From: a virus
Taxonomy: Duplodnaviria > Caudoviricetes
Length of the DNA stretch: 64,000 nt
Strand: one strand, 5' to 3'
Virus record (IMG/VR): IMGVR_UViG_3300028886_000045
A program made the position numbers and the translations under genes. Within the stretch, counting starts at the first letter, position 1; each line of letters begins with the position of its first letter. The notes under the pieces were generated by a model that saw only the letters and a program-made list of their open reading frames with translations, had not been told where the DNA came from and did not search any database. This document shows, one piece after another, positions 30,004 to 41,059 of this stretch.

Positions 30004-30514
30004 TTAGCACAAAATCCTTGACATCCATATAGTCTATGCCAAAGTTCTCGGCTGTTTTCTTATCACTATCGGAAAACTGCCCTTCCAAACCGCTTGCATC
30101 GCCTATCATAAGCATTTTCTTCTTTAGGTCTGACACCTTTTCATTGAAGAAATACTCACGGCTGAAACTTTCCAACATTCCCACATTGGGTTTTCTGTCC
30201 ATGTTGCTTTTGTCATTCGACTTGCAATATTTGAACGTACACTCGCATCCGCAATATTCAGCAAGCGCACGGCATACATAAGCCATTTTACCCTTGACAA
30301 AGTTTTCCTCATTGACAAAACCCTTTTCAATTCCACCTTGGTTTGTCACTATACATACTATCTGTGGTTGCAATTTCTTAATCGCATCCCACACATACAA
30401 CTTTAGCGACATATCCCAAATACCCCTTGGAAATGGTGAGGTGACACTATTGTTTGTGTCTATCAACGTACCATCCAAATCGGCAAAAATGATTTTCTTA
30501 CTACACTTTTCCAT
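29975..30514 (-). CDS. HAD-IIIA phosphatase (polynucleotide 3'-phosphatase-like)
   Basis: DLDGT, VTNQGG, RKPNVGM, MIGDASG..GQFSDSD motifs. Confidence 0.9.
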   Translation of the reverse strand: MEKCSKKIIFADLDGTLIDTNNSVTSPFPRGIWDMSLKLYVWDAIKKLQPQIVCIVTNQGGIEKGFVNEENFVKGKMAYVCRALAEYCGCECTFKYCKSNDKSNMDRKPNVGMLESFSREYFFNEKVSDLKKKMLMIGDASGLEGQFSDSDKKTAENFGIDYMDVKDFVLNVSDYSEND

Positions 30515-31262
30515 TGTTTTTATTTATTTTCAAGCCTTACTTTCGATAATATTGCCTTATAAGCCATGCACACAAATAACCACATACATTATGATTTGTG
30601 TCATTAATCTCACACCTTTCCACCGCCTTTATTGCAACATGGAGCATTTCGTCTATCACGGTTTCGTATTTATCGTGACCCTCACGGATAAAGACCAACT
30701 CCGCGCCACTATCAAGCGCATAAGTCACACTATTGCAATCTGCGTTCTTAATATCCGCAACAATCGCGTTTCTTTCGTCTTCTGTTATACACACTTTGTT
30801 GTTCTGATAGAACTCGGCAAAGTCCTTTTCTTCTGCACCAATAAGTATATAGACATCAGAAAGAAATATGTCAATCGGTATAATTTTTATCTGCATACGC
30901 TAACTATCCTCATAATTATCTAAATCACCCAATCCCTTTTTAAGTCTTTCGTGAAACTCCGCTTCACCATCATCAGCCTCCAAAAGATAATCTATTCTTT
31001 CGGCATAGACATAAGCCTTTTTAAGCATTTCCACACCTTTCCGCATTTCTTCAATCGTTTCCTTTGAATAACCATACTCGTTAGGTGGCGTATGCTTGTG
31101 CGCCTTTACATAAGCCTTATAATCGTCTCCGTACCAATCCGATGATAAAACCTCACTTACTTCTTCTTCGTTCAGTTCTTCACCGTCTATGTATCGGTTT
31201 ATCTTTTCAACGATATAAGGTATTCGCCTTTGGCTATAATCAAAACAACCCCCACTCATAGT

Positions 31263-31589
31263 TTATGCGATTCTTTCCCCTATACTGATAACAAAATATC
31301 TTTCCCCTACTTCCGCGCCCCAATAAGGACTTCCGTAACCCAACTTTATACCTTTACATTTATACTGCATGGTACGCTTGGTATAGCCATAGACAAACGT
31401 AACAGTGTCAAAATTCTTGATATAATCATCCATTTTGATACTGCTATCCTTTCGTTTATCGGCTTCATACCTTGCATAGTCAATAAGCCTTTTTATCCAA
31501 TATTCTTTTATCACGCGGTATTCTTCGTTTTTGATACGACACTCAATCATTTCGTACCACCGCTTTTTTAAGTTCAGTCTTAAATCCAT
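31263..31589 (-). CDS. ASCH/PUA-like protein
   Basis: LKKRWYEMI...K.EEYR.IK.YW..RL...F..GY...WGAE. Confidence 0.75.
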   Translation of the reverse strand: MDLRLNLKKRWYEMIECRIKNEEYRVIKEYWIKRLIDYARYEADKRKDSSIKMDDYIKNFDTVTFVYGYTKRTMQYKCKGIKLGYGSPYWGAEVGERYFVISIGERIA

Positions 31590-31696
31590 ATTTTTTGATG
31601 TTTATATGGTTGCAAAGTTAGTAAAAAAATTGCAGATTACCAACTTTTCTACTAACTTTTTTGGTATTATTTTACTTTTTTATACTTTCAGCCCCT

Positions 31697-32119
31697 TTAA
31701 TAAGGCAATTCCCTACGTTTGGGTATCTCATACATACCCTTTGGCGCAACCAAAGCGACTCCTTGACCTATCAAGTCGTTATAGTCAATATAATGCGCAT
31801 TGCACCATTGTATCAACTTGTAGCATTTCCAATCCCTCAACTTATCGCGTATATCCATTTTCAAGTCTTCGTACTCCTCGCTTTCCTCTTGTGTCATATC
31901 CGACAAAGGACGCAAATACGGCTTGACATTCGCGATTTCTTCTACCATAAACCCTTCTATACCATCTACATACAAAGACGATTCCAAGCCTTTGTAGTGA
32001 ACAGCGATAAGTTTACGTTGTATCGTTGTGCCATCGTATTGTTCAATCGACACCATGACACCATACGGCAATCGGCTACTTAGTTCCTTTGCCAACATTT
32101 CCCTATCTTCTGTCACCAT
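31697..32119 (-). CDS. Paralog family B hypothetical protein
   Basis: SRLPYGV...KPYLRPLSDMT...DYNDLIGQG.A. Confidence 0.8.
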   Translation of the reverse strand: MVTEDREMLAKELSSRLPYGVMVSIEQYDGTTIQRKLIAVHYKGLESSLYVDGIEGFMVEEIANVKPYLRPLSDMTQEESEEYEDLKMDIRDKLRDWKCYKLIQWCNAHYIDYNDLIGQGVALVAPKGMYEIPKRRELPY

Positions 32120-32398
32120 AGCCTTACAAGATTTTTCTTATTGTCTTTGAAGCCTTGCGGATTTCTTCTACATGACTATCCAAGTAACCATAAAAGTCCT
32201 TAATGTCACCGCCAAAGATTTCACCTATGCGCTTGCTTACGCTTTCAGAAAACGCCCAATTATCACCCTTTAGGTCTTCGTTATAGATAACAACCATATT
32301 AACGCTTTGGCGTTGCGTCAATATAATGGTAGCGTAAGCCGTTAGTTTGCTTTCGGCTTCAACCTCCCACTTATTACTCATTATGCCGTATTCTACAA

Positions 32399-32902
32399 TC
32401 ATACAATTTCTGTTTTGTCAAACTTATACAAATCTTTCGGAGCGACATAAGCCAACCCCTTTTCAATCAAACCGCGATAATCAAACATCCTTGCATTAAG
32501 CCAATCCCACATTTCTCCACTCAGACACATATTTGCATCAATCATAATGTCAAACTCCTCGTCATGCCCCTTCGCGTTTTTATATGCTAAGATTACCCTA
32601 ATGCTGTTTTCCTTCAAGGAACGTACAACCCTACTGACTATCACACCATACCCTCCTTGCACACAGCAAAACTCGCTTATTTCCCTATCCGTCATACTTG
32701 ACAAAGGGCGCAAATAAGCCTTGTGCATTTGTAACGTGTGTTGAGCGAATCCCCCCTTATCACTTTCTGAAATGATAGAATCCCCCAATACGCCTATTGC
32801 AACCTCCGCTTTCTCGTTAGGCTTAAAACTGAATTTCAAGCCGTAGGGTATTCGCGCGGAGTAATCCACGTTAATTAAATGAATTTCTTCTTTCGTAAGC
32901 AT
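32399..32902 (-). CDS. Paralog family B hypothetical protein
   Basis: ARIPYGL...AYLRPLSSMT...FDYRGLIEKGLA; start placed at MLTKEE. Confidence 0.75.
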   Translation of the reverse strand: MLTKEEIHLINVDYSARIPYGLKFSFKPNEKAEVAIGVLGDSIISESDKGGFAQHTLQMHKAYLRPLSSMTDREISEFCCVQGGYGVIVSRVVRSLKENSIRVILAYKNAKGHDEEFDIMIDANMCLSGEMWDWLNARMFDYRGLIEKGLAYVAPKDLYKFDKTEIV

Positions 32903-32909
32903 ATTATCT

Positions 32910-33320
32910 TTACTTTTCGATTTTATACATATCTTTTGGCGCAACGAAAGCCAAACCCTTTCCAATCAGTCCGCGCCAATCAAAATGATGCGCGTTAAAC
33001 CATTCTGTTACCACACTAAGGGTTTCGTATGGCACAAACATACTATAAAAGCAAATCTCATCCTTATCAAACCACTCAAGACTTTCGCAGTTGTTCAACG
33101 AAAGCAATTCGCCTTTTTCGGCTTCTGTCGCATCCGATAAGGGACGCAGATATGGCTTGCAGTATGCCCAATCCATTGCCATTTTATAGTACATCCGAAT
33201 CAAGTCATCATTGCCTATCGTCAATTCACACGTTCTACCAATATCATCACACACCTTAACCCCATAAGGCAAACGTGCGCAAAGGTCTGTCACCAAAAGT
33301 TTTCTTTCTTCTTCTGTCAT
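32910..33320 (-). CDS. Paralog family B hypothetical protein
   Basis: DLCARLPYGVKV...KPYLRPLSD...HHFDWRGLIGKGLA. Confidence 0.8.
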   Translation of the reverse strand: MTEEERKLLVTDLCARLPYGVKVCDDIGRTCELTIGNDDLIRMYYKMAMDWAYCKPYLRPLSDATEAEKGELLSLNNCESLEWFDKDEICFYSMFVPYETLSVVTEWFNAHHFDWRGLIGKGLAFVAPKDMYKIEK

Positions 33321-33328
33321 TCTTTCAG

Positions 33329-33691
33329 TTATTCAAAGTTATACATCCCCTTTGGTGCTTTCAAGGCTTCACCCTTTGCAATCAAACCGCGAAAATCGAA
33401 ATGGTGCTTATAGTACCAATCGGTTTCATACCCCTCGACTTCCAAAACAAGTTTTGATAACTCGCACTCTTCTTTGTCCGTCATATCCGACATAGGACGC
33501 AAATATGGCTTGATTTCCTTGATATTGTAGGTATCAGCCTTCTTTGTGACTTCTGTCTTTTGGTAGTCGAATTGCAGAAAGAACTCGTCACCAATTACAC
33601 CCTTCAGTATTGCAGTATGTTCTTTGTTACCACACGCGCAAACCTTCACACCATAAGGCAAACGTGCGCAAAGGTCTAACATCTTTTCCAT
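33329..33691 (-). CDS. Paralog family B hypothetical protein
   Basis: DLCARLPYGVKV...KPYLRPMSDMT...HHFDFRGLIAKG. Confidence 0.8.
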   Translation of the reverse strand: MEKMLDLCARLPYGVKVCACGNKEHTAILKGVIGDEFFLQFDYQKTEVTKKADTYNIKEIKPYLRPMSDMTDKEECELSKLVLEVEGYETDWYYKHHFDFRGLIAKGEALKAPKGMYNFE

Positions 33692-34311
33692 ATCCTTACC
33701 CTTTGTTAGCGATGTTTATAAAGTTGTTATCCACAGCCACCCACATACGACACCATTTGAAAATCGAAAGATTACCCTTTGAATCCAAAGCCAAACGCAA
33801 ACTTTCATTTCTTACGTTTGTGTGTACCCAAATGTGGCATAACTTACCATCTGTCATTTTAGACACTATATCCGCTTTCACAGAAAAGTCTATCCCCTTT
33901 TCCTTTTTGCAGACTTCTATCATTCTTTCCACAGCCTCATCAAAATTTGGCGCGATTACATAGTCTATCTTTTTCATATCCTTTCGCTTTTAAGGGTTAA
34001 ACAAGGTCAAAGCGACCAACCTTAACTTTGTAGTGGTCTATAACAGCCGTAACCGACATCATAGCATCATGCGTTCTCCAAGCCAAATCATTGAAAGAAT
34101 TTGTCAAAGCCCTATACTTGTCTTCCAAGTCGTGATAAAACTCTACAACTTCGTTGCGAACTCTGCAAAGGTTCTCACCATTCTTGCCTTCCAAGCCTAA
34201 GTACCTTGCTATCATAGCAATTTCTTCGTCACTTGTAAAACGCTCGTTCATTGGTTCGTAACCCTTTAGGAAAATTTTCTGTTCTCTTGAAAGTCCTACC
34301 ATAATTATTGT

Positions 34312-34337
34312 GGTCTTGTTATCCCCTTGACCTTGGG
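34312..34337 (-). promoter_or_regulatory. Leader pseudoknot copy 8
   Basis: CCC AA GGUC AA GGG GAUAACAA GACC; 9 nt to ATG 34302. Confidence 0.8.
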
Positions 34338-34445
34338 TTTTAATATTTAACTTTGTTTCTTAATTACATTGCAAAGGTAGTAATAAATTTTGAATTATGC
34401 AAATTTTTTACCAACTTTTTTTGTATATAGTGCATCTTTTTTTAC

Positions 34446-34469
34446 TTTTGTCATGTAGGGATGGCAAAA
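34446..34469. promoter_or_regulatory. 24-bp palindromic upstream site
   Basis: ttttgtcat gtaggg atggcaaaa, 48 bp from the -33 box. Confidence 0.75.
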
Positions 34470-35074
34470 CGCTATAATCCCCCTACGTTCCTATGTGCCG
34501 ACACAAAAACGCACAAACGAAAACAACCCACCACGAAACGTAGTAGGTTGCATTCTATCTTATGGCATTTATACTAACTTATCTTTGCCCACACATCACC
34601 GCTACCAATCAGATAACGCTTGATGTTCTGTAACTGCTGAACGCTGAATATCAAAGGTTCTTTGCCCTCATCCACGCGCTTGTAGTCGTTTTCCATTTCC
34701 CATAGTGGTGACAGACTACCAAAAAGCCTTCTTGCTTTCACAATAGGTATTGCAACACACAATTTCAGTTTAAGATACTTGCTTGTTAAAAGTATCATCG
34801 TAAGTTCATTCTCCATATCCTTGCAGTCTTAAAGGTATTACTTAGCCATATACACGCTTTTGGGTATTGGCTTCCAAGCGAATGCGCTATGAAAACCGCA
34901 ATCGTTAAGTTTCTTACCCTCATGGTTCTCGATATTCTTAACATACCTTCTCCAAGTGTTTTCTACGAACTTGTACATCTGTGGATGGCGTTGCCAAGAA
35001 TTTGAGTTGATAAGCCACTCTTGTATTCTGTTTCTTTGTTCTGTAAGTCTCTTGATGCACTTCATAAAAATTGT

Positions 35075-35100
35075 GGTCTTGTTATGCCCTCGACCGTGGG
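35075..35100 (-). promoter_or_regulatory. Leader pseudoknot copy 9
   Basis: CCC AC GGUC GA GGG CAUAACAA GACC; 9 nt to ATG 35065. Confidence 0.85.
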
Positions 35101-35395
35101 TAAAAATTAAACTTGTTTCTTAATTACAATGCAAAGGTACTAATAATTTTTGAAACCGCCAAATTTTTCACCAACTTTTTTTGTATAAAGCCGAAATTTT
35201 AACACTCTGCAAAGAAAAGTAGGTACGGATAATCCGTTTCCCTTATAAGAAAGGTAGGCAAACACGACAAAAACTTTATACTTTGTGATATTGCAAGAAA
35301 ATAACTTTATGAAATTCTAAAAAGACGCGATTTTATAAAGTTTTTGGGTCTGTTTCTCTGAAATACCGCAAAAGAATAAAGTTTCCCAATATCGT

Positions 35396-35512
35396 AAAAC
35401 GTAGGATTTCGCGTCAAACCTACGCCCCACCGTAGGATGCAAGCGCACCACGCGCAACCAAACATAAGCGTTTTCGTAAAACGTAGGATTTCACTCCGCA
35501 AAACGTAGGATA
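35396..35512. repeat. Dispersed AAAACGTAGGAT repeats
   Basis: Full copies at 35396, 35478, 35500 and a partial at 35431. Confidence 0.75.
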
Positions 35513-35635
35513 TATTCTCCTAATCAAAGAAACTTTGTATGGCTTCTTTATTGCGTCAATTTTCAAATTGACTTAACATATACATTAATACATAAATTAA
35601 TATTCTTATTATTATTATATATAATATATATGTGG

Positions 35636-35745
35636 AGTACCAATTTTTAAGTTTTTAAGTACCAATTTTTAAGTTTTTAAGTACCATTTTTTTAGTCTTT
35701 AAGTACCAATTTTTAAGTTTTTAAGTACCAATTTTTAAGTACCTA
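35636..35745. repeat. 22-bp iteron-like tandem repeat; putative replication origin
   Basis: AGTACCAATTTTTAAGTTTTTA, gtacc at 35637, 35659, 35681, 35703, 35725, 35739; next to a nearly pure AT tract (about 35575-35630). Confidence 0.8.
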
Positions 35746-35748
35746 ATT

Positions 35749-36426
35749 TTAAGCATTTGCACATTTTAGTTTCGTATGCCCATTTTTCACAAACTGCGAG
35801 TATTCTCTATCTGCCTTTGTTTCTATATACTGAAAATCCCCTTCCATCCAAAAAGTCGTATTTTCAAGCCTTGTGACATACTTCTTTCCTTCACGTTCTC
35901 TTACGACAAACTTGTTTTTTGTAAGTTCGTTAATATATCGTTTGACATTTCGCTTATCTATACCACTATAAAAAGCCAACTGCTCAACGGTTGAATAGTC
36001 TGCATTGTTATGATTCAAGCAATAAGGCACATACCAAGACAGAAAGATTAATTTACCCCCATGCAGTCCGCTTTTAATTTGCAAAGGAACGAACCCCCCT
36101 TTATAAAAATCTTCTGTCACATAAATCTTATCACCCTTGATATATCCATTTCTTTCCAAGGACTTTTTGGCTTCTATAAGACTGGGTTCTGTTATATTTA
36201 GGCTTTCCATCACCTTTGCATTTGTGATACGCATCATTTCCCTATTAGGGTTAGTACCCAAATCATCATTCTTCAAAATCTGTAAACCATTGTTATTACA
36301 ACGAGAATCAAAACCAACCTCGTTATAATACACCTTTGAAGCAAAGAAACAATACACCAACTTTGCTACTTCTGTTAAGCAATTAAACTCCTTGCTTAAA
36401 ATCTTTCTGTATAAAACCGCTTGCAT
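35749..36426 (-). CDS. Putative replication initiator (tandem winged HTH)
   Basis: LTEVAKLVY, two HTH-like segments (ITEPSLIEAKKSLERNGYI; GIDKRNVKRYINELTKNKFV); abuts the iterons. Confidence 0.6.
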   Translation of the reverse strand: MQAVLYRKILSKEFNCLTEVAKLVYCFFASKVYYNEVGFDSRCNNNGLQILKNDDLGTNPNREMMRITNAKVMESLNITEPSLIEAKKSLERNGYIKGDKIYVTEDFYKGGFVPLQIKSGLHGGKLIFLSWYVPYCLNHNNADYSTVEQLAFYSGIDKRNVKRYINELTKNKFVVREREGKKYVTRLENTTFWMEGDFQYIETKADREYSQFVKNGHTKLKCANA

Positions 36427-36744
36427 ATTCTATATATAAATCTATTTTTCTATTCTATTTTTTCAGAGAGGAGAAACGTGCGCCCCTTTCTGTGTTTTGC
36501 AACAAACATCTACGAATAGAATGTTTTACACATCAAGAAAGCACACGTCTATAAATAGATTTTATATAGAAAATGCCTTTTTATTATCCGTAAATGTTTG
36601 TTGCGGTGCAAAGATACAAAACATTTCGGATATATGCAAATGTTTTACCAACTTTTTTGTGAAGAGAAAGGACGCGCACACCATAGGCATACGCGCCCCT
36701 ATCATCACAACTTTGCTAAGAATCAAAAGAATATGAAAACATTG

Positions 36745-36816
36745 TGACTACGCTCAGAATCGAACTGAGATTTACTCTTTAGGAGAGAGTCGTTCTATCC
36801 ATTGAACTACACAGCC
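36745..36816 (-). tRNA. tRNA-Arg(CCT)
   Basis: GGCTGTG/CGTAGTC acceptor, ACTCT-CTCCTAA-AGAGT, CTCAG-TTCGATT-CTGAG. Confidence 0.92.
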
Positions 36817-37476
36817 GTTTGTAAGGTGCTTTGGTCAAACCTACAACTCGGATTTATTTACCTACTGACCGCCACACCTTACTATTTGAACACAAAATAG
36901 AATGTTACAAGAAATCCATGTGAATACTGTGGTGTTCGTAAACCTTTCGGTAGATTTCCACCAATGCGTCATAGTAAGACTTGTGCTCCGACTGATAATC
37001 GCCAAGCGTTGATTTAATCTTTACTTTGATACCATCCTTGAATGGCTTACCGCCCTCTGAAAAGTACACCTTGTAAGCAAGGTCTCCCTCGGCTTTGTTG
37101 GGGTAATCCTTATCCACTTCAATGACGATATACGCACTTTCCTTTTTGTCAATACATTGCAAGAACAACTCCAAAAGGTTCTTCTTTGCTTCTGTATCAA
37201 GGATGTTTATTTTCTTTCCATCCATACATCTTAATCGTTATTTGATTTGTTAGTGCAAAGGTACGCATTTTTCTTGAACTATGCAAATTTTCTACCAACT
37301 TTTTACCATTGTTTTATTGCTTTTCTTTTGCTTTTGTTTGCTTGTTATGTTCCTTTGCCGATTTTGCTAACCCTACTTTGCAATCTGATACATAAAAAAG
37401 GTGACACACGCCCATCACGGGTTATGCCACCTTAACCAAAATATGAATATAGTTACTAAAACATGATATAAGAGAG

Positions 37477-38289
37477 TCACTTTTCTACAAAGTCACAGAT
37501 ACCTTGCACATACCCCTCAGTCATTTCTACAAAGTTCACGCCCTTGCACTTGCTTAACTTGTATATGAGTATAGGGTTATGTATTACCGCGATTATCTGC
37601 AACCCTTTCTTGTGCTTACGCAAAATGTTATAGATTGACTGAATGTTTTCAAAGTCAAGGTTACGGTCGGGTTCATCCAATAGTGCCGTAAACTCGAAAT
37701 CCGCATCAGTCACTTCTATACGATTTTCCTTATAGTACCCCAAAAGGTTCTTAATCCTTTCTTTCCACGTTGTGTTAGCATCATTTCTCATTTCTGCCAA
37801 CTTTTCAATAGGGAACTTATGGCTTTTCTTCTCGTTAAACAACTCACCAAGCATGAAATCCACGGCATTAATCATTTTCTCGCCCGTTGACGAAGCCGAT
37901 AAATCCATACTTAGCACAACATTCTCTATATTGTCAGATACGTTGCTGTCCTTCAGTTCGCTTTCGCACATCAAACGATACACCTTACCCAAATAATCAG
38001 CCTTAACCTTAACGCCATCAAGTAGGGTGTTGTTTTCTGTTAGCGATATAGGGAAAAAGTGAATCATGTCTAAAGCCTTTCTCGGTGCTTTCGAGCCTAT
38101 GCTATCACGGCAAAGACAAAAGTCATAAATACTTTTCAGTAGCGTTGTCTTTCCGCATCCATTCTTTCCGACTATCACGTTTACGCCCTTTTTGAACGTG
38201 TAAACCTTACCATTTGCCAATGCTTCCAAGTTTCGCATATAGCCGTAAGGTGTTTGCGTGTTGTCCTTTATTTCTACACTTGTAATCAT
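37477..38289 (-). CDS. ABC/AAA-type ATPase
   Basis: Walker A GKNGCGKTT, signature-like SSTGE, Walker B LLDEPD, H-loop IHNP. Confidence 0.88.
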   Translation of the reverse strand: MITSVEIKDNTQTPYGYMRNLEALANGKVYTFKKGVNVIVGKNGCGKTTLLKSIYDFCLCRDSIGSKAPRKALDMIHFFPISLTENNTLLDGVKVKADYLGKVYRLMCESELKDSNVSDNIENVVLSMDLSASSTGEKMINAVDFMLGELFNEKKSHKFPIEKLAEMRNDANTTWKERIKNLLGYYKENRIEVTDADFEFTALLDEPDRNLDFENIQSIYNILRKHKKGLQIIAVIHNPILIYKLSKCKGVNFVEMTEGYVQGICDFVEK

Positions 38290-38629
38290 TTGCCCTTAAA
38301 GTTAAATCCTTTCTGAAAAGCATCACAGAAAACCCCTACAACAGACTGAAAATCCAAGTCTTCACCCTCATTCAGTCCGTACATTTCGCGCAAATAGGTT
38401 ACTGCCTTTTCTTTCAATTTGTCTTGTGGTATTTTCCGATATGTGGAAACCACCTCCCAATCCATGTCCCCATCCTTTGGCTCACCCATGCAGTTATAGG
38501 GAAATGGTATAATATCGTATGGTCGCAATATTTCGTATTCGCCATTTGAGCCTTCCACGAATACACCCATCTGACCATTCTTGAAAAGCAACTTATCACC
38601 CATTTGGGCGTTTATCAATACGTTTCTAT

Positions 38630-39388
38630 TCATTTGAGCCTATCATACATTTTTTCAAGCAACTTTAAGAAACTCTCGTTTACCTTATTGTTATAAAGGT
38701 TTCCATTAAGCGTTTCAACGTGGTTTTGGCTTAGGCTACACTTATTGCACTTTGCCTTTGACTCCTTACCCTTTGGGGTAATTGCAACACCAACATAATC
38801 CCATCCAAAATCCCCCAAAATTGTGCCAAAGGTTTCACCAAACGCGCCATCTGTTAAATGATAGTGCCTTTTCTTTGTTACCTTTATCGTTCTTTTCGTA
38901 CCCAATTCGTAGCCACTAATGATGTCACCCACTTGTATGTCATCAATAGAATCAAGGTACTTTTCGCATATTTCCCTTATCTTTAGCCTACCCATAAATC
39001 TCATCGCATACAACTCCGATACGGATTCTTGCAAGTCAAAGGGAACTTCTCCTATATTCGGTTCTACTTCACTCGACAACATACGCCCATGCTCTAATAT
39101 TTCAACGGTGGGATTTGAAATGCACAGCGATTCTGTTGTATTGCCGACACAAACGTAATAGCCGACAACCTTTTGACTGCCAACAGCCATATAACAGCCT
39201 TCTATCTGCTTGACTTCATTGTACCACCTAAACACACACAGATAATCCTTCTTTTCGTCTGCAATCGCCTTAATCAAGTTTCGCGCGACTGATTCACGCA
39301 ATTCTTTAGCGCGTAACTCTAACTTGGTCTTTACGCCCTTTTCAAAAGTCACCTCCGCTATTGCATATTTTCTTTTTTCTACTTCCAT
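38630..39388 (-). CDS. Hypothetical protein
   Basis: 252 aa in operon context. Confidence 0.7.
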   Translation of the reverse strand: MEVEKRKYAIAEVTFEKGVKTKLELRAKELRESVARNLIKAIADEKKDYLCVFRWYNEVKQIEGCYMAVGSQKVVGYYVCVGNTTESLCISNPTVEILEHGRMLSSEVEPNIGEVPFDLQESVSELYAMRFMGRLKIREICEKYLDSIDDIQVGDIISGYELGTKRTIKVTKKRHYHLTDGAFGETFGTILGDFGWDYVGVAITPKGKESKAKCNKCSLSQNHVETLNGNLYNNKVNESFLKLLEKMYDRLK

Positions 39389-39703
39389 ATTTTGATTTGC
39401 TTGTTATTAGTTTGTTTATGTGCCACTTGGTTTTATCGACCTACATATTGAATTTGACCTCCAAGGTAACAAGTTTTTCTATGCCGTTACGCTTACAAGT
39501 CTTTTCTAAAGCCTTTGTCATAGACACAACCTCATCCCATGTCCTTATATGCAATTCAACGCGAAACATATCTTTCTCGCTACTGATAGGCGCAATCTTA
39601 CCTTTATACTCAGTACGATTGTTGATATACTTGCATATCACTTCGATAGCGTTATCTCTATCCTTTGCCTTTGTGTAGTACGTTATGTATAACATATTGC
39701 CGT

Positions 39704-39729
39704 GGCTTTGTTATCCTCTCAGCCGTGAG
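39704..39729 (-). promoter_or_regulatory. Leader pseudoknot copy 10
   Basis: CUC AC GGCU GA GAG GAUAACAA AGCC; 8 nt to ATG 39695. Confidence 0.85.
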
Positions 39730-40251
39730 TTCTAATGTTTGTTTCTTAATTACGATGCAAAGGTACAAAAAAAATCTGATATATGCAAATTTTTTACCAA
39801 CTTTTTTTCAAATTTTATCGTAGTACCTCCCCACCACTTCACCGCTCAGACTAAAGAACTGTCCTTCTTTATATCCCTCAAATCTTAAATCTTTCATACT
39901 TAAAGGGATATAGATAAAACCCCTTTTCTCAACCTTGAATTTCTTAAAATCGGGATAATCGCCTAAGTGTGCCTTTCCAAAGTCATTTGCCTCTTCGATA
40001 GTTGCAAATGTCTTTAATGACATATCACAAACGCGATTATATGCGTTATAGAATGCTACATAATACGGATAGATGGGGGTGTTTGCCATTTTGACAACCG
40101 CTTCACTCCATTCTTTTGCAAAGTCTTTCATTATTACTCCTTTCTTTCTACTTTCTTAATTACAATACAAAGATACTATAAAATTCTGATATATGCAAAC
40201 TTTTTACTAACTTTTTTCAACCCCACTTATAGGAACGTACATATTTCCCCT

Positions 40252-40275
40252 TTCTGCCATCCATAGATAGCAAAA
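40252..40275. promoter_or_regulatory. 24-bp palindromic upstream site
   Basis: ttctgccat ccatag atagcaaaa, 58 bp from the -33 box. Confidence 0.6.
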
Positions 40276-40340
40276 AGGTGCTTATCATACCGACAAACAC
40301 CTTTTCTAAATAAACCTAAACAATTAATTTAATGAGTATG

Positions 40341-40643
40341 TTAAATCTTTCCGACTGCATGACCGAAAGCAAGTGCAAAGGTAGGATAGAAACCGTTGTC
40401 ATATCCATTTTCAACCTTGAAAGTTGCGAAAAACTTCAAGTTGTTGCTTGGATAGGTAGAAACCGAACCCATGCAAACATCATTCTTATCAAAGAAGATG
40501 TAGCGGTTTTCTTCTTTCTTGATTTTCAAACCCATTTTTTGCGCTTCTGCTACTGCATAACGCTTGTTAATAGCGCATACTGACCCTTCCTTTGAGAAAT
40601 CAGCGTTAAAGCAATTTTCGTGTACTGAATAAGCCTTTACCAT
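40341..40643 (-). CDS. Hypothetical protein (start revised to 40643)
   Basis: ATG 9 nt after leader copy 11. Confidence 0.7.
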   Translation of the reverse strand: MVKAYSVHENCFNADFSKEGSVCAINKRYAVAEAQKMGLKIKKEENRYIFFDKNDVCMGSVSTYPSNNLKFFATFKVENGYDNGFYPTFALAFGHAVGKI

Positions 40644-40652
40644 ATCTTTTGT

Positions 40653-40678
40653 GACCTTGTTATCCACTTGGTCGTGTG
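40653..40678 (-). promoter_or_regulatory. Leader pseudoknot copy 11 (intercistronic, no promoter)
   Basis: CAC AC GACC AA GUG GAUAACAA GGUC; 7 nt after the upstream stop. Confidence 0.85.
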
Positions 40679-41027
40679 GTCTAAATTAAAGTTTTTTTGA
40701 ACATTCGAGGGCGTGTTCAATCATTTTCTCTACCCTTCTGCTTACACCGAAAGATTTCTCCTTCAGATAAACACCGATGATGTTGTCCCTTTCGGTTTCT
40801 GACCAAAAGCCTTGACAAAACCAACCACCAAGGAGTTTCTCATCATGGACTTCGCCACCCCCACGATGACCATTAAAACGCCTTATCTGCTTATGCTGAC
40901 AATCAATCTCAGCAATAGCCTCATCTAATGTCAAACCTTCTGCGATTACATAGTCTTTAAGCATTTCACCATTCTCGCAAAGAAATTCTACTACTGAATA
41001 ATTATTGCCGATATTCATATCTTTTAT

Positions 41028-41053
41028 GGTCTTTTTATCCCCTTGACCGTGGG
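41028..41053 (-). promoter_or_regulatory. Leader pseudoknot copy 12 (intercistronic, no promoter)
   Basis: CCC AC GGUC AA GGG GAUAAAAA GACC; 9 nt to ATG 41018. Confidence 0.85.
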
Positions 41054-41059
41054 TTCTAA

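Noticed and set aside
35307-35501. 64-aa ORF near the origin
   Set aside because: Non-ATG start, made of repeat sequence, no promoter or leader support
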